A stretch of DNA of 64,000 nucleotides, from assembly GCA_965219955.1 (NCBI GenBank), contig OZ244799.1:3424001-3488000 (forward strand), given 5' to 3'. The DNA is from a bacterium (GTDB lineage: Bacteria > UBA8248). Of the stretch, positions 53,435 through 62,105 are shown piece by piece. The first letter of the stretch is position 1, and each line of letters begins with the position of its first letter. Both the position numbers and the translations under genes were made by a program. Below the pieces are notes generated by a model, which did not search any database, was not told the origin of the DNA, and was given only the letters and a program-made list of their open reading frames with translations.

Positions 53435-54466
53435 CTAGTCGGGGCCGAGGACGTCCCGGATCTTCCCGGCGAGCGCGGCCGTGATGAGCCTCGCCGCCTC
53501 CTCTAAAGGGGGCCGCATGCGCGCGCCCGCCGCGAAGGCGTGGCCGCCGCCGCCGAAGGTGCGCGCGACGTCATGTATCTCCACCCGGCCCTTCGAGCGC
53601 AGGCTCACGCGGATGCGCCCGTTCTCGAGTTCGGACAAAAAGGCGATGACCTCAACGGACTCTATCGAGCGGGGAACCGAAATGTATTCCTCCGTCTCGG
53701 AGCGCGAGACGCCGAAGCGGTCGAGTTCCTGCGCGCTCAGGGTGAACCAGGCGAGGCGTCCCCCGCAGTCGAGCGCCATGCGGCTCATCAGCGTGCCCAG
53801 CAGCTTCACCGAGCCCGCGCCGTTCGATTCCCAGAAGATCGAGTAAGCCTCCCCGGGGCTGGCTCCGAGCTCCACCAGGCGCGCCGCCCAGTTCAGCGTG
53901 CGCTTCGACGTGTTCGTGAAGCGGAACTGGCCCGTGTCGTAGACGAGGGCCGCCATGAGCGCGCGGGTGACGAGCAGGTCGTCGAACGAATAGCCCTCCT
54001 CGTCCAGATAATCCGCGATCATCTCGCCCACCGCGGCGGCTTGCGCGTCGATGACGGAGGGGCAGTCGATGTTGTCTTCTTCCCTGATATGGTGATCCAC
54101 GACGGCCAAGGGAAGGCCGCTGGCCATGAGCGGCTCCTCGAGCCTGCCCAGGCGGCTCGCCTTGCCCGTGTCGAGGATGAGGCAGGCATCGAAGCGCCCC
54201 GCCCAGTCTTCCTGCGCGAGAAGATCCTTCCGCGAGCGCACGAGGCCCTCCGGGTCGAAGGGCGCGGCGAAGACGGGAACCTTGTCCTCGGTGACGACGG
54301 TGGCGTGTTTGCCGACCGCCTTCAGGTAGCGGCTGAGGGCGACGCAGGCCAGGAGGCCGTCGCCGTCCGGCCCGACGTGGGTGATGAGCAAAAAGCGCTC
54401 GTGCTGTTCGAGGAAATCTCTCAGGGGCTGAAACCGGCTCGGGCTTTCACTTGTTTCCGTGCTCAT
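53435..54466 (-). CDS. nrnA: DHH family phosphoesterase (oligoribonuclease/PAP phosphatase NrnA-like)
   Basis: THVGPDGD, VDHH, DTGQF, SLRS, GGGGHAFAAG. Confidence 0.9.
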   Translation of the reverse strand: MSTETSESPSRFQPLRDFLEQHERFLLITHVGPDGDGLLACVALSRYLKAVGKHATVVTEDKVPVFAAPFDPEGLVRSRKDLLAQEDWAGRFDACLILDTGKASRLGRLEEPLMASGLPLAVVDHHIREEDNIDCPSVIDAQAAAVGEMIADYLDEEGYSFDDLLVTRALMAALVYDTGQFRFTNTSKRTLNWAARLVELGASPGEAYSIFWESNGAGSVKLLGTLMSRMALDCGGRLAWFTLSAQELDRFGVSRSETEEYISVPRSIESVEVIAFLSELENGRIRVSLRSKGRVEIHDVARTFGGGGHAFAAGARMRPPLEEAARLITAALAGKIRDVLGPD

Positions 54467-55635
54467 CAGGAAGTATCGAGGCTCACGCGGTGGATCTGGC
54501 GCAGAACGTAGCTTCTGATCTCTTTAGCGGTTGGGCTCGGGGCGGTGCGCACGCCGCCGGTAATCACGCCTGCGAGCAGTTGCTCCACCACCCCGCCGCA
54601 CGACGCGCAATCGCCGTAGGGCTTGTCGATGGGGATGACGCGCTCCGCCCCGCAGTCGCGGCAGCGCAGCAGGTGCTTGGCGCCCGGTCGCTTGCCGCGC
54701 TTGGCGATAGCCTCGCCGTCCACCTCGACGATGTCCATCGAAAAATCGATCGTGGCCGCGGCGCTGACGGACGTGCCCACGCCGTAGCCGCCGTCCACCA
54801 CGGGGTTGAGCTCCAGAATCTTCTCCTCGCTCAATCCCCCGCTCACGAAGAGCTTCACGTGCGGGAAGCCCGCCCGGTCGAGCTCCCAGCGGATTTCCTC
54901 CAGAATCTCGTAGAGGTTTCCCCGCCTGGAAGCCGGCGTATCCACCCGCACGGCCGAGAGGCGATCCGTCAGCGCGCGCGCCGCCTCCAGGGTTTCGAAC
55001 CGCTCATCGGCGAAGGTGTCCACCAACGCGACGCGGCCCACCTCCGGCTCGATAACTTCGTCGAACGCCTTCGCCGCGGGGACGAGGCCGCCCATGAGGA
55101 TCACCAGCGCGTGGGGCATCGTGCCCGCCGCCGGTATCTCCAGAAGCTCGGCGCCCTTGACGAGGGCGACGCCGTCGCAGCCGCCGACGTAGGCCGCGCG
55201 CTCGACCATCGGCGCGATGGCGGGGTGCATCCTCCGCGCGCCGAAACTCACGAGCTGCCTGCCCTCCGCCGCGATGCGGCAACGCGCCGCCTTGGTGGCG
55301 ACCCCGCTCGCCTGGCACATCAGCCCCAGGATGGGGGTCTCCAGCCTGCAGAAATCGTTGTAGGTCCCCGTAATTTCCAGAACGGGCTGGGAGGGCCTGA
55401 AAACCGTTCCCTCGGGCACCGCGCGAACGTCCACCGGGAATCCTTCGAGCAATCGCAGGATTTCCTCCAGGCCCGTGAACACGCCCCAGCCCGAGGGGAG
55501 GGACTTGGCCGCGAATTCCGCGCGCACGTTCTTCCTGATGCCTTTTGCTTCGAGAATCTTGAGGGTGCGCTCGAAATAGACGTCCGTCACCTTGCCGGAG
55601 CGGATGTCGTCGAAATCGGCGGTGAAAAGACGCAA
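54466..55635 (-). CDS. pncB: Nicotinate phosphoribosyltransferase (short type, C-terminal Cys ribbon)
   Basis: TDVYF, SFGARR, GTMPHA, VRVDT, SGGL, YGVGT; CRDC..CASC. Confidence 0.9.
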   Translation of the reverse strand: MRLFTADFDDIRSGKVTDVYFERTLKILEAKGIRKNVRAEFAAKSLPSGWGVFTGLEEILRLLEGFPVDVRAVPEGTVFRPSQPVLEITGTYNDFCRLETPILGLMCQASGVATKAARCRIAAEGRQLVSFGARRMHPAIAPMVERAAYVGGCDGVALVKGAELLEIPAAGTMPHALVILMGGLVPAAKAFDEVIEPEVGRVALVDTFADERFETLEAARALTDRLSAVRVDTPASRRGNLYEILEEIRWELDRAGFPHVKLFVSGGLSEEKILELNPVVDGGYGVGTSVSAAATIDFSMDIVEVDGEAIAKRGKRPGAKHLLRCRDCGAERVIPIDKPYGDCASCGGVVEQLLAGVITGGVRTAPSPTAKEIRSYVLRQIHRVSLDTS

Positions 55636-55660
55636 AAGAAGATTCCGCCAGGGAGACCCG

Positions 55661-56215
55661 CTATTCGGCGGGCGCCGTCTCGGCGGGAGTCTCGGGCTCG
55701 GGCCGCATGTCCGCTTCCTCGTTCCTCAAGCCGAACAGCTTGCCCCAGGGCCTGGGGCCGGTGTAGTTCACCTCTTTCTCCCAGACGTCGTAGAGGCGCT
55801 CTTTCTCGTAGACGAGATCGTCGCGGAAATAGCCGGTCGTCTCGTACTGGTGGGTGTGGACGATGGATTTGGGCGTCGTGGGGCACGCCTCCGTGCAGAG
55901 CCCGCAGTACATGCACCGCATGTAGTCGATGTAGAACTCCTTGGCGTACATCTCGCGGCCCTTGCCCGCCGTGACGATGGTGATGCAGTCGACCGGACAG
56001 GCCTTCTCGCAGTTCAGGCAGCCGATGCAGAGCTCCTCGCCCGTCTTGAAGTCGCGCGTGAGTCCCAGAAACCCGCGAAAACGCTCGGGCGGCTCCCAGC
56101 GCTCCGTCGGGTATTGAAGCGTGACGGGCTTTTTGAACATATGCCGCAGCGTGGCGGACATGCCCTTCACGATGTCCCAGAGAAAGAACTTCTGTATACC
56201 CCTGGTGAACTCCAT
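55661..56215 (-). CDS. nuoI: NADH-quinone oxidoreductase subunit I (stand-alone)
   Basis: TLQYP, RFRG, CIGCLNCEKACP and CMYCGLCTEACP. Confidence 0.88.
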   Translation of the reverse strand: MEFTRGIQKFFLWDIVKGMSATLRHMFKKPVTLQYPTERWEPPERFRGFLGLTRDFKTGEELCIGCLNCEKACPVDCITIVTAGKGREMYAKEFYIDYMRCMYCGLCTEACPTTPKSIVHTHQYETTGYFRDDLVYEKERLYDVWEKEVNYTGPRPWGKLFGLRNEEADMRPEPETPAETAPAE

Positions 56216-56237
56216 TCCCCTCTCCTCGCCTTGTGCT

Positions 56238-57194
56238 CTAGGAAGCCGCCGCCGCGGCCTTCTTGGCCTCTTCCTGGGCTTCGAGATATTTCTCCGCCGC
56301 CACCGCCGCCGTCGTCGCGTCGCCCGACGCGTTGGTGATCTGGCGGATCAACTGGCTTCTGCAGTCACCGGCCACGAACAGGCCCGGAACGTTCGTCTCC
56401 ATGTTCTGGTCCGTGAGGATGAAGCCTACGTCGTCTTTTTCCACGTGATCTTTTATCAAATCCGTGTTCGGAATAAAACCGATGAAGACGAACAGGCCCG
56501 TGGCGTCGAGCTCTTTCGTATCGCCGGTCTTCACGTTCTTGATGCGCAGCTTCTTCATCTCCCGGTCGTCGCCCACGACTTCTTCGGCCACGTAGTCGGT
56601 GATGATCTCGACTTTCGGGTTCTCGCGAATCTTGTCCACCAGGACCGCATGTGCGCGGAACTGGTCGCGGCGGTGGATGATGTAGACCTTCGTGCCGAAC
56701 TTCGTGAGGAACTGGCCCTCTTCCACGGCGCTGTTCCCGCCGCCCACGACGGTGATGACCTCATCCTGAAAGAACGCGCCGTCGCAGAGCGCGCAGTAGC
56801 TCACGCCCTTGCCGGCGTATTTCTCCTCGCCCGGAATGCCCAGTTTTCTCGGATAGCCGCCGGGGGTGTAGATCACCGCCCCGCAGCGGCGCTCGCCCAT
56901 GTCGGTGACGACGAGGAAGTCATCCCCGTCCTTCCTCACTTCCGAGACTTCTTCCATCTCGATCTTGAGGCCGAACTTCATGGCGTGATCGGTGAACTTG
57001 GCCGCCAGCTCCTGGCCGCCGACCAGTTCGAAGCCCGGGTAGTCCTCTACGTGCTCTGTGTTGAGAATCTCGCCGCCGGGCGCGAGCTTTTCATAGCAGA
57101 CCACGTTCAGTTTCGAACGCGCCGTATAAAGCCCCGCCGTCAGCCCGGCCGGCCCCGCCCCGATGATGATGATGTCGAAATCACGCTCAGCCAC
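56238..57194 (-). CDS. trxB: Thioredoxin-disulfide reductase
   Basis: GAGPAGL, GVSYCALCDG, GGGNSA, HRRD, AGD. Confidence 0.96.
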   Translation of the reverse strand: MAERDFDIIIIGAGPAGLTAGLYTARSKLNVVCYEKLAPGGEILNTEHVEDYPGFELVGGQELAAKFTDHAMKFGLKIEMEEVSEVRKDGDDFLVVTDMGERRCGAVIYTPGGYPRKLGIPGEEKYAGKGVSYCALCDGAFFQDEVITVVGGGNSAVEEGQFLTKFGTKVYIIHRRDQFRAHAVLVDKIRENPKVEIITDYVAEEVVGDDREMKKLRIKNVKTGDTKELDATGLFVFIGFIPNTDLIKDHVEKDDVGFILTDQNMETNVPGLFVAGDCRSQLIRQITNASGDATTAAVAAEKYLEAQEEAKKAAAAAS

Positions 57195-57248
57195 TATGAA
57201 TCTCCAGAATTAAGGAAATGGGATTATATACAATGTTGTTCCGAATGA

Positions 57249-57752
57249 CTAACCGGTCACGCCCGCATATGCCTCATCTATAGTCATTCTGTTTTGAAGG
57301 AGCGGCAGAAGGAAACCACGCGCCTCCCGCACATGCGCCTTGCCTTTTTGAGGCGTGGCGAAATAGATGCTCGCATGTCCGGGATTGTCTTCCGTGGCCG
57401 TATCAACGACGACAAACGCCCTTTCGTCGTCTAGAAAAATCTGGCGAACCGCCAGAGTCTTTAATCTGGACACGCCTTCACTCGTCCAGGGTTCTTTCCT
57501 CTTTCTCGACAATCTCGTCTGTATGGATTTTTCCACGAATTCCTTTGAAACATGCTCTATTCTATGAACGGAAAAGCCGTCTGCAACCAGTTCATTCACC
57601 GAAATTGCTCTTTCGATAACTTTCCCTTCTTCGTTGATATGTTGCGGATTGAACATTTCCCGAATCAGGTGTTCCTCGTCTTCAACGATTCCGGGAGAAA
57701 TCCCGGGCGCGGCGCTTTTCGACTCATCGAGGTGCAATGTCGGGGGCGGCAA
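57249..57752 (-). CDS. Hypothetical protein, lower GC, R..S..H pattern (possible ART-like fold)
   Basis: LIR, FSVHR, DNPGHASI; AT-richer codons than flanking genes; TTG start uncertain. Confidence 0.65.
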   Translation of the reverse strand: MPPPTLHLDESKSAAPGISPGIVEDEEHLIREMFNPQHINEEGKVIERAISVNELVADGFSVHRIEHVSKEFVEKSIQTRLSRKRKEPWTSEGVSRLKTLAVRQIFLDDERAFVVVDTATEDNPGHASIYFATPQKGKAHVREARGFLLPLLQNRMTIDEAYAGVTG

Positions 57753-57759
57753 CGTCTTG

Positions 57760-58152
57760 TCAGTTCTTGAACAATGCTAGAATTTCACCGGGAAAATCAT
57801 CCGATACGAGAGCATCCTCTTCATAAATTTTATTCCCAGATTTTCCGCGCGCAAAATAAGAGTAGGCGCCCGTCCCGTAAAATCCCAGATCGACGTGAAC
57901 ACCATTTTCTTTCCATAGAAAATTCACTTCCCCGTCGTCCGCCAGCCCCATGTTTGGCATGGGAATCGAATCCAGCGGCAGTTTGTGGATGAAAATCTCC
58001 GCATCCCGAAATGCTTGTGGTTTCGGCCACGTTGCGCCAGGCCAGCGCTCCTCCTCGGGAGTTTTCTCAAACTCCTTCAACTGCGCGAGCAAATCCCGAT
58101 TCAACGTATCGTCGCGTTTCGGATGGACGGCGGTTTGGGGTTGAGAAGCCAT
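57760..58152 (-). CDS. Hypothetical protein, lower GC, partner of 57249-57752
   Basis: AAGGAG RBS; WPGA..P, DDGEVNFLW, LGFYG; ends 7 bp before the downstream gene. Confidence 0.7.
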   Translation of the reverse strand: MASQPQTAVHPKRDDTLNRDLLAQLKEFEKTPEEERWPGATWPKPQAFRDAEIFIHKLPLDSIPMPNMGLADDGEVNFLWKENGVHVDLGFYGTGAYSYFARGKSGNKIYEEDALVSDDFPGEILALFKN

Positions 58153-58292
58153 CAGGTACTCCTTTGCGCTTCATCTACCTGGATGCGCTCTCCATGAGCG
58201 CAATAACACTCTATCAAACAATCCATTGCGAAGAAAACAGGCCCCCATTGCTTGTCCTCCGCTCATTTTTCCGCGCCCCATCCGCCCTTTAC

Positions 58293-58478
58293 GGGGCTGT
58301 TGAAAAAGCTCTCTCCGCCTCATCCTGAGTAGCGGCGAAGCCGCGTATCGAAGGATGCTCTCTCGCCACGGCGCGAGCCCCTCGCCCTTCGATACGCCGC
58401 CTTCGGCGGCTACTCAGGGTGAGGAAAGAGGCGTCGGCAGTTTCCAGGGGTCGCAGACGGGGCTTTTTCAACAACCCC
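58293..58478. mobile_element. MITE-like element with REP-like cargo (reverse copy of 14293-14487)
   Basis: ggggctgttgaaaaa...tttttcaacaacccc; flanks TTTAC/TTTAT. Confidence 0.82.
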
Positions 58479-58581
58479 TTTATAACTGTGATCGAGGGAA
58501 CGAACGCGCTGCATTCCTTTTCAAGGCGGCGTCTTCAGAATTGCCCGCAACCGGGGCAGGAGAGCGCCTTTCGCCTCTCGC

Positions 58582-58827
58582 TCACGCGGCGAGCCCCAAA
58601 AGTTCCTGGAGCTTCGCCCTGTCGAAGCCGACCACCTTCTCCTCGCCGATGAAAATCACGGGCGTCGCCCGCATGCTCGCCCGCTGGAAGAGTTCTTCGA
58701 GAGCCTCTTCGTCCTGGTCGACGAGTTTTTCCGTGTACGCCACGCCATGATGGGAAAGAAACTCTTTCACCGCCTTGCACGGCGCTCAGAACGTGGATGA
58801 ATAAACCGTCACTTCCAAATCGGACAT
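58582..58827 (-). CDS. Selenocysteine-containing glutaredoxin/NrdH-like protein (UxxC), 81 aa
   Basis: GGGAGG RBS, ATG at 58827, MSDLEVTVYSSTF-TGA-APCKAVKEFL; later ATPVIFIG and VVGFD; SECIS-like hairpin after the TGA. Confidence 0.85.
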
Positions 58828-58911
58828 CGGTGACCTCCCTGGAAACCTGTGGTATCTGCCCGGCGGCAAGTCGCGCTCCATAATCAATATCGCTTCAGGC
58901 GAAAATCTTCG

Positions 58912-60282
58912 CTACCTCGGCGTGTTCACCCGCTCTAGCAGGGCCGTCAGTTCCTTGAGCCGGATCGAGTCGAGCCTCGATACGGCGTCCACGATCTCCC
59001 CGCGCAGGGAGGCGTCCGCGTGCGCTTCGCTCAGGGCCTCGAACTTCTCGTTCACCGTCGCCCAGCTCATCGGCGTGGAGAAATGTCCCTCCCAGGTGGG
59101 CTTGTCCAGCTTGTGGACGCTCCCGTCTTTCAGCGTGATGGTGATGAGCACGGGCGACTGCGCGGGATATCTCGCCGTCATCTCGTCCGAATTGGTGGTG
59201 CGCACTTTCTTGAGCAGCGCCTGCACGTCGTCTGCGCGGATTCTCGCTTCCTCGTACTGGGCGGGCAGCACCTGCTCGTCGATGATGGCGGCGGAGAGCA
59301 CGTAGGGCAGGCTGTGGTCCGCCGTCTCCTTGTTCAAGACGTGCTCGCGCGCGCCCGCCTTGCCCTCGCCCATGATGAAGTAGGCGCGCTCATAAATCCC
59401 GATCTCGACCTCCTCGATGTCCTCCGGGCTGAAGCCGTGCTCGCGCTTCATGTCGATGACGCCCTCGATGGCCGTCTGGGAGTGCAGGCCCGCGTTGTAG
59501 CGCTTCACGCTGATCTCGAGCATCTTGCTCAAGGATGTATCCGACCAGTCGGCCTCGAACTCGCCCGTCACGGACTCGAACACGCCCAGGGGACCCTCGA
59601 TCAGCTGCAACTGCCCCGTCACCCCGCGCATGGCCAGAAACGTCGAGTGCACACCGGTGTGGCAGCCGGCCGCGTAGGCGAAGCCCTTCCAGTGGGAGAG
59701 TTCGCCCGTGCGCGTGATGAGCAGGGGGTTCTGGCGCACGCCGCTGATCGCGATGGCGTTGGCCGTCCTCTCCGCGTCCAGCCCCAGGGCGCGCGAGGCG
59801 CCCGCCGCCACGGCGTAGGCGCCCGCCATCGGCTGGTCGAAGCCCCTTTTCTCGTAGGGCGCGCTGTCGCAGAGGCGGCACTGCACTTCATACGCCAGGG
59901 CGAGGGCCGTCATGAAATCCGCGCCGCTCGCGTCCGCGTATTCGGCCGCCGCCATCACGGCGCCCGCGTTGTCGCTCGGGTGCGAGGTGGCGAGCTTGCC
60001 CATGAAGCCGTCGTTGAAATCGAGATAGCGGATGAGCGAGGTGTTGTAGAACGCAGCGGCGTCGGGCGCGCTCTTGCCGCCGCCGATGAGCGTGCAGTGC
60101 GGGGCGCCTCCGAAGTCATCCGCCTGCTCGCGCAGGTAGCGGACGGGGCCTTCGCCCAGCGAGCCGATGGCGCAGCCGATGGTGTCGACCATGAGGGTCT
60201 TGATCTGCGTGCGCATCTCGTCTGTGAGGTCATCGAAACCGGTGTTCGCGGCGAACGCCGCCATCTGTTCCACAATCGTCAT
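58912..60282 (-). CDS. MmgE/PrpD family protein
   Basis: DTIGCA, RYLDFND, SHPSDN, SHWKG, KETADHSLPY. Confidence 0.92.
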   Translation of the reverse strand: MTIVEQMAAFAANTGFDDLTDEMRTQIKTLMVDTIGCAIGSLGEGPVRYLREQADDFGGAPHCTLIGGGKSAPDAAAFYNTSLIRYLDFNDGFMGKLATSHPSDNAGAVMAAAEYADASGADFMTALALAYEVQCRLCDSAPYEKRGFDQPMAGAYAVAAGASRALGLDAERTANAIAISGVRQNPLLITRTGELSHWKGFAYAAGCHTGVHSTFLAMRGVTGQLQLIEGPLGVFESVTGEFEADWSDTSLSKMLEISVKRYNAGLHSQTAIEGVIDMKREHGFSPEDIEEVEIGIYERAYFIMGEGKAGAREHVLNKETADHSLPYVLSAAIIDEQVLPAQYEEARIRADDVQALLKKVRTTNSDEMTARYPAQSPVLITITLKDGSVHKLDKPTWEGHFSTPMSWATVNEKFEALSEAHADASLRGEIVDAVSRLDSIRLKELTALLERVNTPR

Positions 60283-60326
60283 GTCGTTTTTCCTTCCTCG
60301 ATCCGGTATTTGGGGGAATGCGCGGG

Positions 60327-61346
60327 CTAGCCGCCGTGCAGTTTTCTGTATGCTCGCTGCATGATGAGCGCGTCGTATTCGAGCGCCGGAGACTCGCACA
60401 CCACCCGGCCCTCGGCGCCGAAATCGATGAGCGCGCGGAAGAGATCCTTGTAGTTCATGTCCGACTCGTCGAGCTCCAGGTGATGCGCCTCGCCCTTGTC
60501 CGAATACGCGATGCCCGAGAGGTGGATGTGCAAGGTCTTGAGAACGTCGTCGCCCATCTTGTTCTTCAAAAGCTCCAGTTGCGCCCCGAACTCATCGTAA
60601 GTGTTGTGCGCCCCCGCCGAGCGCGCGTGAATGTGCGCGAAGTCTATCGTGAAGCCGACGTTCTTATCTTTCAGATCGCCGCCCATGTCGGCGATTTCCT
60701 CGAGCGAGCCGAACTGGGTGCCCTTGCCCGTCGTCTCGGGATCCAGGCGAACCGGACAGCCCTCTTCCTCCAGGATGTCGGCGAGCTCTCCTATCTGGTT
60801 GCAGATGAAGTCGTAGACCTCCTTCGGGTCTCGTTTCTGGTAGAAGCCGGGATGAAAGCACGCGCCGTCGCCCCCGCACTTCGCCAGGGCGCGCGCGGTG
60901 TCGAGCACGCGCTTGCGGCTCGCCGCCACCTTCTCCTCTTCGAGCGAATAGAGGTTCACGTAATAGGGACCGTGCGCGGTGACCTGAACGCCCGTCTCCG
61001 CCTGGGCGGCCCGCACCTCATCGCACGTCTCCTCGCGGATGCGGACGCCGTGGACGAACTCCATCTCGTAGACGCCGAGACCCAGCTCGTGAAGCCTGCG
61101 CACCGCGGCGGGGTGTGTCTGCGGCTTGGTGGAGTGCGGGACGCCGCCCGTGCCGAAGAAAATCCTGTCCGTCCGCCTGGGCTTCGCGTTCACGTTCAAG
61201 GGGCCGTCATAGGTTCTGCCCTTCGGTTTTTCCTTCGGAACCCCCGGCGCCCAGCCGCGCACGTCAGCTTTCGGCTTCGCCGCTTTTTTGGGGGCCGGTT
61301 TCTTTTTGGCCGCGGCTTTCGGGGCCGCTTTTTTCTTTTCCGGCAC
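60327..61346 (-). CDS. nfo: Endonuclease IV-like AP endonuclease with Lys/Ala/Pro-rich N-terminal tail
   Basis: FGTGGVP, HGPYYVNL, FHPG, PETTGKGTQFG, DFAH, HIHLSG. Confidence 0.82.
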   Translation of the reverse strand: MPEKKKAAPKAAAKKKPAPKKAAKPKADVRGWAPGVPKEKPKGRTYDGPLNVNAKPRRTDRIFFGTGGVPHSTKPQTHPAAVRRLHELGLGVYEMEFVHGVRIREETCDEVRAAQAETGVQVTAHGPYYVNLYSLEEEKVAASRKRVLDTARALAKCGGDGACFHPGFYQKRDPKEVYDFICNQIGELADILEEEGCPVRLDPETTGKGTQFGSLEEIADMGGDLKDKNVGFTIDFAHIHARSAGAHNTYDEFGAQLELLKNKMGDDVLKTLHIHLSGIAYSDKGEAHHLELDESDMNYKDLFRALIDFGAEGRVVCESPALEYDALIMQRAYRKLHGG

Positions 61347-61468
61347 GCTCGTCCTCAGAAGATTTGTTGCGCGAAGGCGCTGTTTTTTTGTCGGATCGCT
61401 CTTTCAGGCGGTCGATGGCCCACTCTAGCAGATATGCGCGCATGCTGCGAGAAACCTCCCCTTGGAAT

Positions 61469-62095
61469 TCAGGCGGCGGGCGCGTCGCGGGGCGGCTCGC
61501 TCAGCCACTCGGCCATCTGGGCGAGAATCTCCCGCTTGCCGAGCCCCGTGTTCGCGCTGCAGAGAATCGGGCCGGACCAGTGGCCGTACAGCCCGCCCCC
61601 GTCCACCATGGTCTTCACGAGCGCGTCCAGAACGCCTTTGCGCTCGTTTTGTTTCAGCTTGTCCGCCTTGGTGAGCACCAGGCACGCCGGCAGGTTCACC
61701 GCCGCGAGCCACTCTAAAAGATGCAGGTCCATCTCCCGCGCCCCCCGGCGCGAATCGATGAGCACCACCACCCCCTGGAGCGTCTCGCGGTGCTCGAGAT
61801 AGGTCTCGATCATGGGCCGCCAGCGGGCCCTCTCGGCAAGCGGCACCTTCGCGTATCCATAGCCCGGCAAGTCCACGAGGTTGAAGCGCCCGTCCACGCC
61901 GAAGAAATTGACGAGCTGCGTCTTGCCGGGGGTCGCGCTCGTCTTGGCGAGGCTCTTGCGGTTGGTCAGGAAGTTGATGAGCGAGGATTTGCCCACGTTG
62001 CTCCTGCCCGCAAAGGCGACCTCGGGCAGATCCGCCCTCGGCCAGCCCGCACGCCCGGCGGCGCTTTTGATGAATCGCGCGTTCTGGATTCTCAT
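61469..62095 (-). CDS. engB: Ribosome biogenesis GTP-binding protein YihA/YsxC
   Basis: GRSNVGKSS, TPGKT, DLPGYG, TKADK. Confidence 0.96.
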   Translation of the reverse strand: MRIQNARFIKSAAGRAGWPRADLPEVAFAGRSNVGKSSLINFLTNRKSLAKTSATPGKTQLVNFFGVDGRFNLVDLPGYGYAKVPLAERARWRPMIETYLEHRETLQGVVVLIDSRRGAREMDLHLLEWLAAVNLPACLVLTKADKLKQNERKGVLDALVKTMVDGGGLYGHWSGPILCSANTGLGKREILAQMAEWLSEPPRDAPAA

Positions 62096-62105
62096 GGCCG
62101 CGGCG

